A stretch of DNA of 62,879 nucleotides, the filler included, from Bonamia ostreae (Eukaryota), in NCBI GenBank assembly GCA_040357525.1. It is 46 parts of 46 records of this genome, joined end to end, with 100 filler letters (N's around TTAATTAATTAA, not from the genome) between each part and the next. Parts side by side here need not be neighbours in the genome. Positions count along the whole stretch, not along the records: positions 1 to 1,275 come from JBDODL010002156.1; positions 1,376 to 2,650 come from JBDODL010002157.1; positions 2,751 to 4,025 come from JBDODL010002158.1; positions 4,126 to 5,400 come from JBDODL010002159.1; positions 5,501 to 6,774 come from JBDODL010002160.1; positions 6,875 to 8,148 come from JBDODL010002161.1; positions 8,249 to 9,522 come from JBDODL010002162.1; positions 9,623 to 10,896 come from JBDODL010002163.1; 38 more parts are not named here. One strand, 5' to 3'. The notes under the pieces are model-generated. The model was not told where the DNA came from and made no database searches. It worked only from the letters and a program-made list of their open reading frames with translations. This document shows, piece by piece, positions 1-12,270 of the stretch. Numbering within the stretch: position 1 is the first letter of the stretch; every line of letters starts with the position of its first letter. A program made the position numbers and the translations under genes.

Positions 1-211
1 TTTTGCAATTTTTTTGAAAATTTTTATTTAATTTATTTTTTATTTTCAGTTTTTTTTTGCAAATTTTCATTTTTTGAAAATTTCTTTGAAATTTTATTTT
101 TTTATTTTCAGTTTTTTTTTGCAATTTTTTTTGAATTTTTATTTAATTTTTTTGCAATTTTTTTGAAAATTTTTATTTGGTTTCTTTATTTGATTACTCT
201 TTTATCGCAAA

Positions 212-400
212 TTAAAAAACTATTTCTTCTTTCTTCTTCATCCATGGAACGAGAACGAGACCTTTTTCTTCTATGCCGATCTCTACTGCGAGATCTTTTT
301 CTGTCATGTCGATGTCTCTTCTAATTTTTTTTAATTTAACAGATTTTGCCATTCCATCTTCTAAAAGCTTGTCAATATCGTCTCCACCAACATTCTCCAT
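212..400 (-). CDS. Parasite hypothetical protein, first exon (possible 22-nt GTTT..AAG intron at 199-220)
   Basis: 62-aa ORF from an ATG, divergent from the gene at 489. Segment LKKIRRDIDMTEKDLAVEIGI loosely resembles an XRE-type HTH. Confidence 0.4.
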   Translation of the reverse strand: MENVGGDDIDKLLEDGMAKSVKLKKIRRDIDMTEKDLAVEIGIEEKGLVLVPWMKKKEEIVF

Positions 401-488
401 TTGACTAAAAATATTTTTTAGTTATATTGAAAAAAGTAGTTAAAAATTAGCCAAATTTATCAGTTCATTACGAATTTTTTAATATAAA

Positions 489-1269
489 ATGTTAATTCTT
501 TCAAAATGGCGAACGATTTTTAGGCAAAACAAATTACTTCAGATCAATTTTAAAACCAGACTTTTAATAAGCTCAATTTCCAATAATCCGGTTTTAATTG
601 AAAAGCGAAAATCGAAAAATAAAAAATCAGTTGTAAATGAAAACAATTCTATAGAAAAAATTACAGAAATTTTGGAAAACTTTGCAAACTGCAAAAATTT
701 GGAAAAGAAAAATATTAAACAACTTTTATTTATAAAAAACAGTTTAAACAAACTTTCCGAAAAAAATTTTGCAAAACTTTTGTCAATTATTGAAGCAAAT
801 TTTGCTTTATTTTCCCAAAATAGCGAATGGGTCAAAATAATAACGATTCTGATCAGCAATTCTGAGTATGACGGTTTCAAAGAGTTTTGGGGGGAATTGT
901 TGGCCAAAAATTATAATACTATTTTTAAATCAAAAGAATTTTTATGGATGAATTGTTTTTATAAATTCAAAAATTTAACTAATTTCTATTAATCGATAAA
1001 AATATTTAAAATTTTTAATAAAAGGGTATTTGGAATATATCGATAAAGCAAAATATCCGACATTTTATATGAAAATAAAAGAAAACGAATTTTTGTTGAC
1101 ATCGAAATTGAGTGAGACGATAAAATTTTGCTCAGAATATGCGATTTGCGCGTACAATCATAATGATCTGGAATTTGAAAATTTTGTGCAGAAAAATTTT
1201 GTAGAAATTTGTAACAATGCCCAATCTTTTAAAATCATTTCAGTTTTTAATTTTAGTAGAAAATTGTAA
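489..1269 (+). CDS. Parasite hypothetical protein with a basic/Ser-rich N-terminus (possible mitochondrial presequence); intron 955-1024
   Basis: ORFs 489-992 and 1030-1269 join in frame through a 70-nt GTTTTT..AAAG intron (..WMN/WYLEY..). 3' end uncertain. Confidence 0.5.
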
Positions 1270-1275
1270 TTGATT

Positions 1276-1375
1276 NNNNNNNNNNNNNNNNNNNNNNNNN
1301 NNNNNNNNNNNNNNNNNNNTTAATTAATTAANNNNNNNNNNNNNNNNNNNNNNNNNNNNNNNNNNNNNNNNNNNN
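1276..1375. other. Artificial contig spacer N44-TTAATTAATTAA-N44 (first of 45, recurring about every 1.37 kb up to ~61563)
   Basis: Identical 100-bp block containing a six-frame stop linker. Intervening contigs shrink steadily from 1275 to ~1261 bp, so the pseudo-scaffold is size-sorted. Confidence 0.98.
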
Positions 1376-1777
1376 GATGTGGATAGAAAAAACAAGGCGA
1401 AAATCTGGATGCATAGACTAAAGTCATTTCGCCCGAATGGCTGTCAATAGGAAAAATAAACACTGCAACATACAACGCATTCTCATCAAATTCAAAATAA
1501 GAAGATGTCTGCTCAAAGTACACAAAACAAACAGCCAATTGTCTTACAATTGTTTAAAGTTTCAGTGTGAAAAAACTATTTTTGCTAACAGTTGATGGTG
1601 GGTGAGGGAAAATGTTTAGGGGCCTTTTACAATGTTAAGGTGGGTGGGAATCTACTTATCCATTTAGTGTCCCGATACAAGCAATTCAGTAATGATAATT
1701 ATCTGTAAGACAAAGAATTGACTTGATAGGTATTAAGAGAGAGATGATATGTAAATGTGAAGTTATTTAGAAAAATG

Positions 1778-2650
1778 TTAAAAGTGTGTGTCTTTCGTTT
1801 CTTCTTCGTGTTCTGTGAAGTGCATCTCATCTATACTGTTGTAAACATCAGACACCGACCTCCCTTGAGATGAATCATCCAATCCAGTTAAATACCCGCC
1901 GTTTATAAATGTTGAACAAGGAATCGGTACAGGTGGTTCTTCGTATTCTGTGAAGTGCAACTCATCTATACTGTTGTAAACATCCGAAACCGACCTCTCC
2001 TGGGATGAATCATTCAACACAGTTAAATACCCGCCCTTTATAGAATTTGACCAAGGATTCTCTACAGGTGGTTCTTCCTGTTTATTTCTAAGAAAGAAAA
2101 AACATTTTAGCCGTTCATCATAGTTAATCATAGTTGCATAGTGTGGAAAACGACGTATGGACGCAAAATGAAAATTTCAACAATTTTACACCTCATATTG
2201 AAAACGATTAATTCACTAATTTAGACAACAATTAAAAAAAGTTTTTGTAGAACTGTCTTTCAATTTTGTTTGTCAAGGAAAAAATACCTAGGTGGTTTCC
2301 TTCGTCTGACGACACAAACAATAGCTACAATCACACTTACAATAACAATTACTGCAATTGATGATCCAACTCCAATAGTGGTAATGTCCCTCTCCCCTAT
2401 AAAAAAATATCAAAACTGGTGTACTAACCTGCTTGCTGCTTAATATTTTTAAGTTCCGAATAGCTATTCTGTAGTTTGATTTAGATAATAAATGTCTTGT
2501 GACTGACCAGATTAAATGAAAAGGTCTGATTAAAGAGTTCCTTGCAAGATGATATCCGGATCAACATATACCTACCAGAAATTTCGACACAAATATCGTC
2601 AATATTCCTGTCCCATGTCCCCGATAGTGTACAAAATATTCCTGAAGATT
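1778..2650 (-). CDS. Host type-I membrane protein, partial: Sushi/CCP-like end, TM helix, tail with duplicated Tyr motifs
   Basis: Exons ~2574-2650 (IFCTLSGTWDRNIDDIC), 2288-2396 (IGVGSSIAVIVIVSVIVAIVCVV-RRRK) and 1778-2087 splice in phase at conventional metazoan sites. The last exon has a 135-bp internal duplication. Confidence 0.65.
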
Positions 2651-2750
2651 NNNNNNNNNNNNNNNNNNNNNNNNNNNNNNNNNNNNNNNNNNNNTTAATT
2701 AATTAANNNNNNNNNNNNNNNNNNNNNNNNNNNNNNNNNNNNNNNNNNNN

Positions 2751-3065
2751 ACAAAAATTTCCTTAAAAACTGCCAAAATCTGAATTTACAAAAACTGTCC
2801 CAAAATCTTCAAAAATTAACAAAAATTGTCTAAAAAAGATTTGAACCAAACAGAAATGAATTACAACGGTCCTTTTCTGACGATTGCCGTTTTAGCCAAA
2901 TCACAGGAAATAATTAGCTGCGAATTAACGCGAACTCTAAACTTAGAAATTTTGGAGAAAATGGTCGAAACCGGCTTAATAGGAGTCAAACTGATTTACA
3001 ACAAACTTTTAGAAAGCGTTCGAGCCAACGCCACTCAAAAAAATGAACAAATATTTAAGATTTAG
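2751..3065 (+). CDS. Parasite hypothetical protein, 3' fragment
   Basis: ORF ending at 3065, convergent with the FZR1-like gene; no family recognised. Confidence 0.35.
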
Positions 3066-3194
3066 TAAATTTTGCCATTTTCACTTTTTTCGAAATTTTG
3101 ACTTTTTGACTTTTCTGTAAAATTTTGACTTTTTTACATTTTTTCTGAATTTTTGCAAAAATAATATTACAAACATTTATTCAGTTATTCAAAT

Positions 3195-3834
3195 CTATCG
3201 CAACAAAGGAAATTTCAATCTCGTTGAAGCAACGTTGCTGTAAATAGGTTCTTTTGATTTTGAAAAAATAAAAATTTGTCAAAAAGTTTAAAATTTGGTC
3301 AAACCTTTTGCGGGCGGAAAAATTTTCCAAAACTTAATCGTTTCGTCTCCTCCGGATCCAGTAACTATTGAAGTTCCATCTGGCGACATTGCTAAATTTT
3401 AGTTGATAAAACATAAATGAAGAATCCGCCCTTGATGGCCGTTGAACTTTGCCAATCTTTTAATCTTGTCGCCGTAACTGTAAACTTTTATCTTTTTATT
3501 GCAAATTTTATTTTTGCCATTTTTTGTTTTTTGATTTATTAAAATATTTTTGCCATTTTTTGTTTTTTTTTATATTTTTTGCGATTTATTAAAATATTTT
3601 TTTTCATTTTTTTAGAATATTTTTTGCAATTGGTTTAAAATAATTTTTTGTAAAAACCCAATTTTTCGAATAACCGTGAGTCGTCACAAATTCGTTCGAA
3701 TTTTTGGACCAAGCGAGATTGCACACTTGTGATTTGGAGTCAACTCGTTGGATTGAACTGGTTGAACTTTGCCGAGTGTCCCAAAATCTTACGGTGTTGT
3801 CGCTGCTTCCTCCACCCGATGCTAGTAATCCCGG
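3195..3834 (-). CDS. FZR1: APC/C activator Cdh1/CDC20-family WD40 protein, 3' part (parasite)
   Basis: Spliced translation GLLASGGGSSDNTVRFWD..SQVCNLAWSKNSNEFVTTHGYS..GHQGRILHLSMSPDGTSIVTGSGGDETIKFW..LLR* with an IR-tail-like end. Introns 3492-3657, 3392-3412, 3251-3304. Confidence 0.85.
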
Positions 3835-3859
3835 CTAAAGTTTACAAATTTTACAAAAA

Positions 3860-4025
3860 ATCTTTTTACAACAAAATTTTATCATTTTAAAAATCTTTTT
3901 GCAACAAAATTTTATCATTTTAAAAATCCTTTTTATAACAAAATTTTATCATTTTAAAAATCTTTTTTATAACAAAATTTTATCATTTTAAAAATCTTTT
4001 TGCAACAAAATTTTATCATTTTAAA
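3860..4025. repeat. AT-rich tandem repeat, ~39-bp unit, in the intron upstream of the FZR1 exon
   Basis: aacaaaattttatcattttaaaaatc(c/t)tttt repeated about 4 times up to the contig end. Confidence 0.85.
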
Positions 4026-5939
4026 NNNNNNNNNNNNNNNNNNNNNNNNNNNNNNNNNNNNNNNNNNNNTTAATTAATTAANNNNNNNNNNNNNNNNNNN
4101 NNNNNNNNNNNNNNNNNNNNNNNNNCTAGTTTCCGTGACGATTTTTACTCAGCATGCCGACCATTTTGTGTACATACCATTCTATTGATCCCGAACAATG
4201 ATTCAGCATATAGTTTTAACACATCGGCATTTTATAATACTCCAATATTATGACTAATATCGTAAAGTTTTGTTAATTCGTTAAAACAGATTTCTTATGC
4301 ATTTGGTATCAAGAATGAAACGTAACAAGAATTACAAAATCATACAAAGTATTTCCGTGAGTTAGAGAATATGTTGGTCGGACGGGTCTCAATGGTTAAT
4401 CTAGTGACTTCTTGACTCTGGATCATGAAACAATCAAACGTTGTACGTGCATTTTGTATTGATAATGAGGATAGAAACCTCTACCATTCATATTCCTGGG
4501 TTTAAGTACTTTGCTGTTTCACGTCACGGTTGATGTGTTTGGACCGCATTTTCCTGTGGCGACCTTTATCGATGCAATATAACATAACTGACACCGATTC
4601 CTTATTGTTTAGAGACGTCACTAGCTGTAGGTGAAGCAGAATACAACTTGGCTTTCAACGCCACAGCGGTGACGGTTCACTGGTAGAAATAAAATATCAT
4701 GCCTCCGAACCGATGTGGGGGCCGTGCAAATGTTTACATAATTACGTCGGAATATTTGTACATGCATGTGAATTTGAAATACAACACCGTTTTCTTCAAA
4801 GGCACTATTCTTCAGATTTGTTCATACGAACTTCAGGACCAGGAAAGGGCCATGAATAAGGTTCATATTTATGGATAAAATGAGGAATAAATGGCATTTA
4901 AAAAAATCTTCTTAAGCACAAAGGGTAAAAGTTTTCATATCATCTATAATGTATAGAGGAACTCATGACAAAATATATCAACTTGCCCGTTCTTTTAGAT
5001 TCGGAAAAGCACAAACTCAAAATTTCGAACTTCCACTTATGGAGACGAGGATTGGATGTAGCCGCGGCTTTCTGTCTGTCAGCCTTTATCTATGTTAATC
5101 TTTAAACACTTATACAATAATTATTTTATCGAAGAACGACCGCAAATAATTTGTTTCCATTCACTGACTGTTATGTAGAAAATGTTAATTTTGTATTAGC
5201 ACACAATGAATGCCACTTGCATTTACTTGCATGAACATGTATATATTTTTTGCCATATTTACTGGGGGGGGGGGGGGGGGGGGGGTTAAGCTTTTTGAGA
5301 TTTGAAATTATTGAAATTTTAAAAAAAAAAATAAAAAAAAATTTTTTATTTTGTTTTTATATAGAAAGTATTCAAAAAAAAAAAAAAAAACAAAAAAAAA
5401 NNNNNNNNNNNNNNNNNNNNNNNNNNNNNNNNNNNNNNNNNNNNTTAATTAATTAANNNNNNNNNNNNNNNNNNNNNNNNNNNNNNNNNNNNNNNNNNNN
5501 TGATTTTAAAAATGGATGATACGTATAACATCCTCTAGTGTATAGATTATACTGAAACATTGCTGCAAAACATGTTCAGTTTGATATATATAAAACCAGC
5601 TAATCGAAATAAGTTCACGCTTTCATGACCTTTATCATCATTCTACATGACCAGAATTTATTATCTGTATACATATTGTACCTGTCCAAGTATTCAACAG
5701 AATACTGATTGTGCATCCATTACAGAAGAACTGGTATACAGGAGATTAGATTTAAAGCAGTCTCTCGAGACAACATCTAACATGCAGGCATGGAGCAGGT
5801 TCTCATTCCCAGGTGAAAAGAAATTGTCATGGACATATTGTTATTAACAAGTCGAGGTAGCTTCCTTACAGCCCCACCCGTGCCTTCCTTGCGTCAAGCC
5901 TATGATANNNNNNNNNNTTAGAAGTGATAATCATGAGCC

Positions 5940-6045
5940 TTTTGGATATGACCTTAAAAGTGAAAGTCCTGTATTGCGGTAGGTTTTGGCATGTTTAAGA
6001 AACCTCACTGCTACATGTCGTAAGCGCTAAGAATAGGGACGATTC
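5940..6045 (+). mobile_element. Decayed host SINE-like repeat
   Basis: gaccttaaaa..gtaggttttggcatgtttaagaaacctcactgct resembles a common bivalve SINE core (recalled). Weaker similar pieces near 10270-10400, 27120-27300 and 35090-35240. Confidence 0.35.
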
Positions 6046-7779
6046 AAGAGGCCAACCAGTTTGTTACTTTTTACCCCCTTCTACATACTAGAGAGTCCTT
6101 TGCGTCATGAACTGAGCAACCATGCTATTGTACATCTTTGCAGATTTAATATATTGGAGCTTGAATATAGTGGAATGAAGAGAAAGCTTATGATATCGGT
6201 CCTACATATGTATACTGAGGACATAATTATGCAAATGTCTGAGCTTATAACATTGGGTCTTCCCAGCATGACCTGTGATTTTTTTCTGTCTCTTTTAATT
6301 GACGTTTTCATCCTCTAGCATAACTAACGACGAGTACCCGTGGGTTTTGGATGCCTGTTCTAGTCAAGGGGATTTGCTGCTTGACCAGCACCACTATCCG
6401 AGTCAGTGGTTTCTTCCAGTATCTCAAGGTCACTATCATAGATGAGTTTTGCTTCACCATCCCTAACCAAGGTCAACTTAAGCCCTGTTTGTGATGCATT
6501 GAATTGGAAGATTTGGCTCTCATACCCGAGTAGTGATTGACAGCGCCCTCATCTAGTAAGTGATATTGTATTGTGCAAATTGCATTCTCTATCTTTGTAT
6601 GTGGGGAACTCGTTTCCCCTGAGACTGTATACACTTGTCATTCATATCAGCCTCATTTACATTCCCCAACTTGGGCTATTGAACTTATTGCTGGATTCTT
6701 TGAGAGATTTGTGTGGAAAGGGGAGTGTTAGTTGAACATTTCTCAACCCATCAATATTTTAAAGGTTGTTTTACNNNNNNNNNNNNNNNNNNNNNNNNNN
6801 NNNNNNNNNNNNNNNNNNTTAATTAATTAANNNNNNNNNNNNNNNNNNNNNNNNNNNNNNNNNNNNNNNNNNNNCCAGCCTTCCGCATGCAGGGAAATGC
6901 TCTAAACTCTAGACCAGCGCGGCGATTCAATAGTTTTGGAAGTGGACCAGCTATTGAAGCAAAAATTAGGATAATATTTTAAACAAAGCTCAATCATGCC
7001 TAAAAATTTCATCAGCTCTATACGTAGACTATATAAAGATGAACTGATTCTATTTGAATATCATTTTGCTGTATTCCAATTAGCAGTTATTAATTTAGTG
7101 TATAAATTGTGAGGCGAAGGCTGATAATTTGATTGGATTGAATATTAATTGGAGTTCTTTTTTCTTTAATCTTGAACCATGCCTCCACCATGTGTATTTT
7201 GAAACAATGTGTACGGATGTCTTAACTAATTGTTAATCCATTACGATGTAACGGCTAATACAAACTTTGCCTCATGATGGCACACAGTCGATAATGATTT
7301 CTTTTTTTCGTTCAATTTTAACGGAATATTGATGAAATTAGACCCAAAACGAAAGCCAAATCACCAACACAAACAGAGAGGACAGCCCTGTGAGCGTCCA
7401 AACGCAAACTTGCAGTCCACGTATAAGGGGAATAGCACAACTCCCACCACCGATCCCCGGCTGTTGCGAATACCACACTCACAGCCGTCAGCATATTGTA
7501 CACAACCTACTGTTCGAGAATGGAACAAAGAACCCCTATTCAAACCCCTTCGGTGTTTATTCAAGTCCCGATTCAGGTAACGCATGGCTATGATAAACAC
7601 AGACAGGCAATTGCCTTTGGCAGTAGAATCAACCAAACTTTCATTGAGACATTACATAACTGTACATATATGACGGTATGAAATTATATATATAGGGCGA
7701 ATTTGCAATCTTGGGTATTGACATAATTGCTGATGAATATGTGAAGAGTACTCAACTTTTAGAATTATTGAACAATTTT

Positions 7780-8148
7780 AGAAACTGGAATAAGTCCTTC
7801 ACAGTGGACTTGGGGTAACATACTTTCAGTGTACAAAAACAAAGGCTATGACTATGGCCCCCAAAATTGCAGACCTATTACTTTGATTAGCTGTTTAGGA
7901 AAACTATTTACTTCAATCTTAAATGAAGGACTTGATGAATATGCAATCAGAGTCGAATTAATTCTGGAAAATCTAGCTACAGTAACTTTCGCAACAACAA
8001 AAAAAGCAATACAAGACCATATTTTTTTCTCTACATACATTGTTTTTAAAAAACACAAAAGAAAAGTTTGCTGCGTTTTCATTTATTTTGAAAAAGCGTT
8101 CGATTCAGTATGACGTATAGGTCTCTGGAATAGAATCTTATTAAACAA
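7780..8148 (+). mobile_element. Decayed host non-LTR (CR1/L2-like) reverse transcriptase fragment
   Basis: YKNKG..PQNCRPITLISCLGKLFTSILN..VFIYFEKAFDSV*R.GLW, with a stop and degenerate motifs. Confidence 0.8.
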
Positions 8149-8371
8149 NNNNNNNNNNNNNNNNNNNNNNNNNNNNNNNNNNNNNNNNNNNNTTAATTAA
8201 TTAANNNNNNNNNNNNNNNNNNNNNNNNNNNNNNNNNNNNNNNNNNNNAAAATTAAATTTCTTTTTGAAAATCAATTTTTTCAAATAAATTAATTAGAAA
8301 ATCAAGTTTTGTGGAATAATTTCCGCTTTCAAACAAAACTTCAATTTCGAAAATATATTTTAACAAAACAG

Positions 8372-9493
8372 AAAAAAGAAAAAGAAAAAAGAACTTGGAA
8401 AGACAAAAAACTATCCAAAAATGAACTTAAAGCCCTCGATCGCTCTTCAGACAAAAACAGTTCAATCTTATCGCCACAAAACAGCGACTTCTCGTCCTCC
8501 GCCCAACAAACAGCCGAAAAAAATTTGGAGTCCTCTTCCGAAGACGACATCCCCGCGCACAACAATAACTCGCTCGGCGCCAAACTGGGCGGTCTGTTCG
8601 GAAAACTGTCCCACAAACAATTGGACGAGCGCTCGATCAAATCTTCGATCGACCAAATAGAGCGGATCCTCATCGACAGAAACGTGGCCGTCGAAATCGC
8701 GCGCGCCGTCTGCGATTCCGTCAAATCTGACCTCCTCGGCAAATCCGTGAGTCGGATGGCTTTGACCGCTCCGATCGTCAAGGACGCCTTTCGAGAGGCG
8801 CTTGTCCGAATCGTCACCCCTTCGCGCGAAGTGCATATTCTAAAAGGTTGCAACAAAGAAATTGATCAAGAAATCTCGAATTCGATTCGTCTGGGAAAGC
8901 CCTACGCGATCGCCTTCGTCGGCGTGAACGGCGTCGGGAAGTCGACGACTCTGTCGAAAATCGCAAATTACCTTCGGAAAAGAGGTCTGCAAGTTTCGAT
9001 CGCCGCATGCGACACTTTTCGGAGCGGCGCAGTGGAGCAGTTGCTGACCCACGCGAAGGCCTTGAAACTGCGATTGTTCCACAAGGGCTACGCAAAGGAC
9101 TCCTCGCGGGTCTGCGCCGAGGCCATCAAAGAAGCGCGGCGGAAATCAGACGATGCCGTGCTCATCGACACGGCCGGCAGAATGCAGAACAACGAGCCTT
9201 TGATGCGCTCGCTGCGCAAACTGTACGAGACAAACCGCCCCGATTTGGTGCTTTTCGTCGGAGAGGCGTTGGTCGGGAATGAAGCCTTAAGCCAACTCGA
9301 GAAATTTAACGAGCACGTCCCGATTGACGGGATAGTGCTCACCAAATTTGACGCGGTTGACGAAAAGGTTGGTGCGGCCATATCGATGACACATCGCACA
9401 AAATTCCCGATCGTCTTTCTGGGCACGGGCCAGAAGTACGAGGATCTTAAAAGGGTCGATGCTGGATCGCTGGTGAACACATTGCTCAATTAA
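8372..9493 (+). CDS. SRPRA: Signal recognition particle receptor alpha (NG domain), 5'-partial (parasite)
   Basis: GVNGVGKSTTLSKI, ACDTFRSGAVEQL, DTAGRMQNNEPLM, FVGEALVGNEA, TKFDAVDEKVGAA, GTGQKYEDL. The ORF start at 8309 is probably intronic. Confidence 0.95.
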   Translation, partial: KKEKEKRTWKDKKLSKNELKALDRSSDKNSSILSPQNSDFSSSAQQTAEKNLESSSEDDIPAHNNNSLGAKLGGLFGKLSHKQLDERSIKSSIDQIERILIDRNVAVEIARAVCDSVKSDLLGKSVSRMALTAPIVKDAFREALVRIVTPSREVHILKGCNKEIDQEISNSIRLGKPYAIAFVGVNGVGKSTTLSKIANYLRKRGLQVSIAACDTFRSGAVEQLLTHAKALKLRLFHKGYAKDSSRVCAEAIKEARRKSDDAVLIDTAGRMQNNEPLMRSLRKLYETNRPDLVLFVGEALVGNEALSQLEKFNEHVPIDGIVLTKFDAVDEKVGAAISMTHRTKFPIVFLGTGQKYEDLKRVDAGSLVNTLLN

Positions 9494-10997
9494 ATTAATT
9501 CTATGTTCTTGCGAGTCAATGANNNNNNNNNNNNNNNNNNNNNNNNNNNNNNNNNNNNNNNNNNNNTTAATTAATTAANNNNNNNNNNNNNNNNNNNNNN
9601 NNNNNNNNNNNNNNNNNNNNNNCACCCACCCACACCCCCCCCCACCCCACCCCCCCCCAACCCCCACACACCCCAAACCCCCCCCACCTGCCAACTACCC
9701 GTCCATCACAACCACTAGTATATTCTATTTTTATTCGCCCTCCGCGAACTACACAGAAAACGTATGTACACATGTAGTTAATTGATTATCAATGACGAGC
9801 CAAATACAGAGAAGTAGGTAATCCCCTGCGTTATGAAACCGGGTATTAGGTAGACTTAGGTAGGTAGTGCAGCTCAATGCACGCAAACATTGATGTGTTC
9901 CCCAAATTTCCAATGTACTGTAGAAGCTTGCTCATATTATCATCATCATATTTTATTAGGTTCATCTAAGGGACATCTGGATCCGACGTTTTTATTTCGA
10001 GGGTCATTGAAGGACAATTACAAATGCAGGAATTGTGGAGAGGTATCGTGAACTTTCGCTCACCTGAGCCATGTACTCACGTGAACATTTCTGACTAAGT
10101 TCCTGTTGTAATGTTGTTTTCTTCTTCTTTCGGTATTATTCTTNNNNNNNNNNAGTAATTATGCGCCAAGGGAATTGAAATGTATCCAAATGAAGCATAA
10201 TTTCTTTCCAATAGTAGGTAACTGGGAAAAAGTGAATTAGGCCTGTATATTTGATATATGATATAAAGAGCGATTGTTCCTTTGCGAAACGTCAAACTTA
10301 GAAGTTAATTCACGACACCTATCTTTAATGCTTGGATTTGACGCGGTTGCTGAAGATCGGAGCTGGAACCTCGCATTTCCAAGGCGCTACTCCCTAGGCT
10401 AAAGCCAATAGTGAATGTGTATTTGAGTCAAATTCCCATAAAAAGCGCCAAATAAAAAGACGAGAGCATCCATATTGTCAATTATTCTTAAACAAATCTT
10501 CTTAGTGGCATAATGCACTCGTTCGAAACGTCTACATCTTCAATTTTAGCTACCTTGCTATCAATGATCATCTGTTGCCCATAAAATAGTGCCAATTTTA
10601 TCGTTTATCATTTAAGGTAGCTCCATTCTCAGCTGACTTATTTTAAATTGTTAAAAGTGGAAGCATTGTATTGATTTCCACTCAAAATAGATTAATTTAA
10701 TTAATAATAAAAGTAAATAATAGATTAATTTAATTAATAATAAAAGTAAATATGTATGTTACCACCTTTTTATGCCCCGCCATGAATACGACCGGGACAT
10801 AATAGTCCTTGCCATGTCTCACTTCCGTCCTTCCGTACGTCCTTCCGCCACACTTTGTGTTTGACTCTGTGTTAAGCTCAGTTTCAAAGAAACTATNNNN
10901 NNNNNNNNNNNNNNNNNNNNNNNNNNNNNNNNNNNNNNNNTTAATTAATTAANNNNNNNNNNNNNNNNNNNNNNNNNNNNNNNNNNNNNNNNNNNNG

Positions 10998-11438
10998 TTC
11001 TCGTCGCAATGGTGCTTCGAGAACTTTGTGCAAATAAAATCGATGCGCAGAGCGCGCGACGTGAAAGAACAGCTCGAAGAACTGATGAAACGAGTCGAAA
11101 TCGAGTTGAAGTTTGGACAAAACGACTTTATTTCGATCGCGAAAACAATCGTTTCAGGCTTTTTCTTCAACACCGCTTTGTTGGGCAAAACGGGGAATTA
11201 CAAAACATTCAAATTCAGACAGACGGTGACAATCCACCCGTCGTCCTGTCTTCGTGAAGAGATGCCGAAATGGGTCGTTTTCAACGAATTCGTTTTGACC
11301 ACGAAGAAGTTTATTCGAACGGTGATCAAAATCGACCCGAAATGGCTATTGGAAGTGGCGCCGCATATTTATAGAAAAGAGGATTTGGAGATCGAGAAGA
11401 AGATGCCCAAATTGAAGAAAAGTGCCGTGTCCAAATAA
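10998..11438 (+). CDS. DHX16: Spliceosomal DEAH helicase Prp2/DHX16, C-terminal fragment (parasite)
   Basis: SSQWCFENFVQIKSMRRARDVKEQL..TVTIHPSSCL..VLTTKKFIR..WLLEVAPHIY..KKMPK matches the DHX16 C-terminus. Confidence 0.85.
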   Translation, partial: FSSQWCFENFVQIKSMRRARDVKEQLEELMKRVEIELKFGQNDFISIAKTIVSGFFFNTALLGKTGNYKTFKFRQTVTIHPSSCLREEMPKWVVFNEFVLTTKKFIRTVIKIDPKWLLEVAPHIYRKEDLEIEKKMPKLKKSAVSK

Positions 11439-12072
11439 ATTTTATTTTAACAAAAATTTGTTATTTTCGGAAAATTTGTTGTTTGATCGGCTTTTTTTGA
11501 TTAAAATTGTGTTTAAAAAATTTTAATTTGAAAATATTTCGTCTTTTATTTTAATAAAAATGTTTCGGGAAATTGGAAAATTTAAACGTCAACCGAAATT
11601 TTTATAATTTTTGATATAAAAAACCGGAATATTAAAAAAAGGCATTTTTGACAAAAAAAATTAAAATTACAATAATTAAACTGAAATTTAAAATAATAAA
11701 CGGAATTTTTATTGAAAAAAATATGGTAACTTTTAAAATGGGTTTTATTGGTAACGTTGGTGGATACTGTGAATCCATTCTCGAATTTGTAAATTTTGGT
11801 TTGATCGATTTTCAGTTAATCCATTTTAACAGAATCGACTTATTTGCGAATTCTCTCAAAAGCAGAAAAATTGATATCGCTTTGGTCCCTTTCACAAAAT
11901 ATTTTTTTGTTGAAAATTTTAATCTTTTCAAGTTTCAATGGACTTTTTTTCTTTTTCATCGTTGCCGTGTTTTTATCAATTTTTTTATTTAAAAATATTT
12001 TAAAAATATTTTTTAATGATAATCTTTTACAAATAGTTTGTGCACTGTTTGTATAAAAACAAAAAAACGAAA

Positions 12073-12270
12073 ATGGATAAAATGGAATATATTCTAATAA
12101 ACGAAAAAGTTCTGAACGAATGTCTAAATTTTGGGACTGCGATGAAATCAAAAAATCAAACAATTTTAAAAATTGACGAGCCGTGTGTTTATGCAAAAAG
12201 TATTTGTGAAAACAATAAAATGTTGAATTATGGATTAGTTGGATCTTATGCAATTAAAAAGCATTTTGAT
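12073..12270 (+). CDS. Parasite hypothetical protein, 5' fragment
   Basis: ATG-initiated frame (MDKMEYILINEK..) open to the contig end; family not recognised. Confidence 0.35.

Noticed and set aside
5264-5400. Poly-G/poly-A stretch (also C-rich 9623-9690) as a G-quadruplex or telomere
   Set aside because: Low-complexity contig ends typical of poor-quality sequence after homopolymers.
8341-9489. Long antisense and alternate-frame ORFs over SRPRA (likewise WDR3, TRRAP, BI-1, NDOR1)
   Set aside because: Shadow ORFs of GC-richer coding sequence with no motifs.
11648-12056. Overlapping ORFs downstream of DHX16
   Set aside because: AT-rich, no motif, and no splice model gave a coherent protein.
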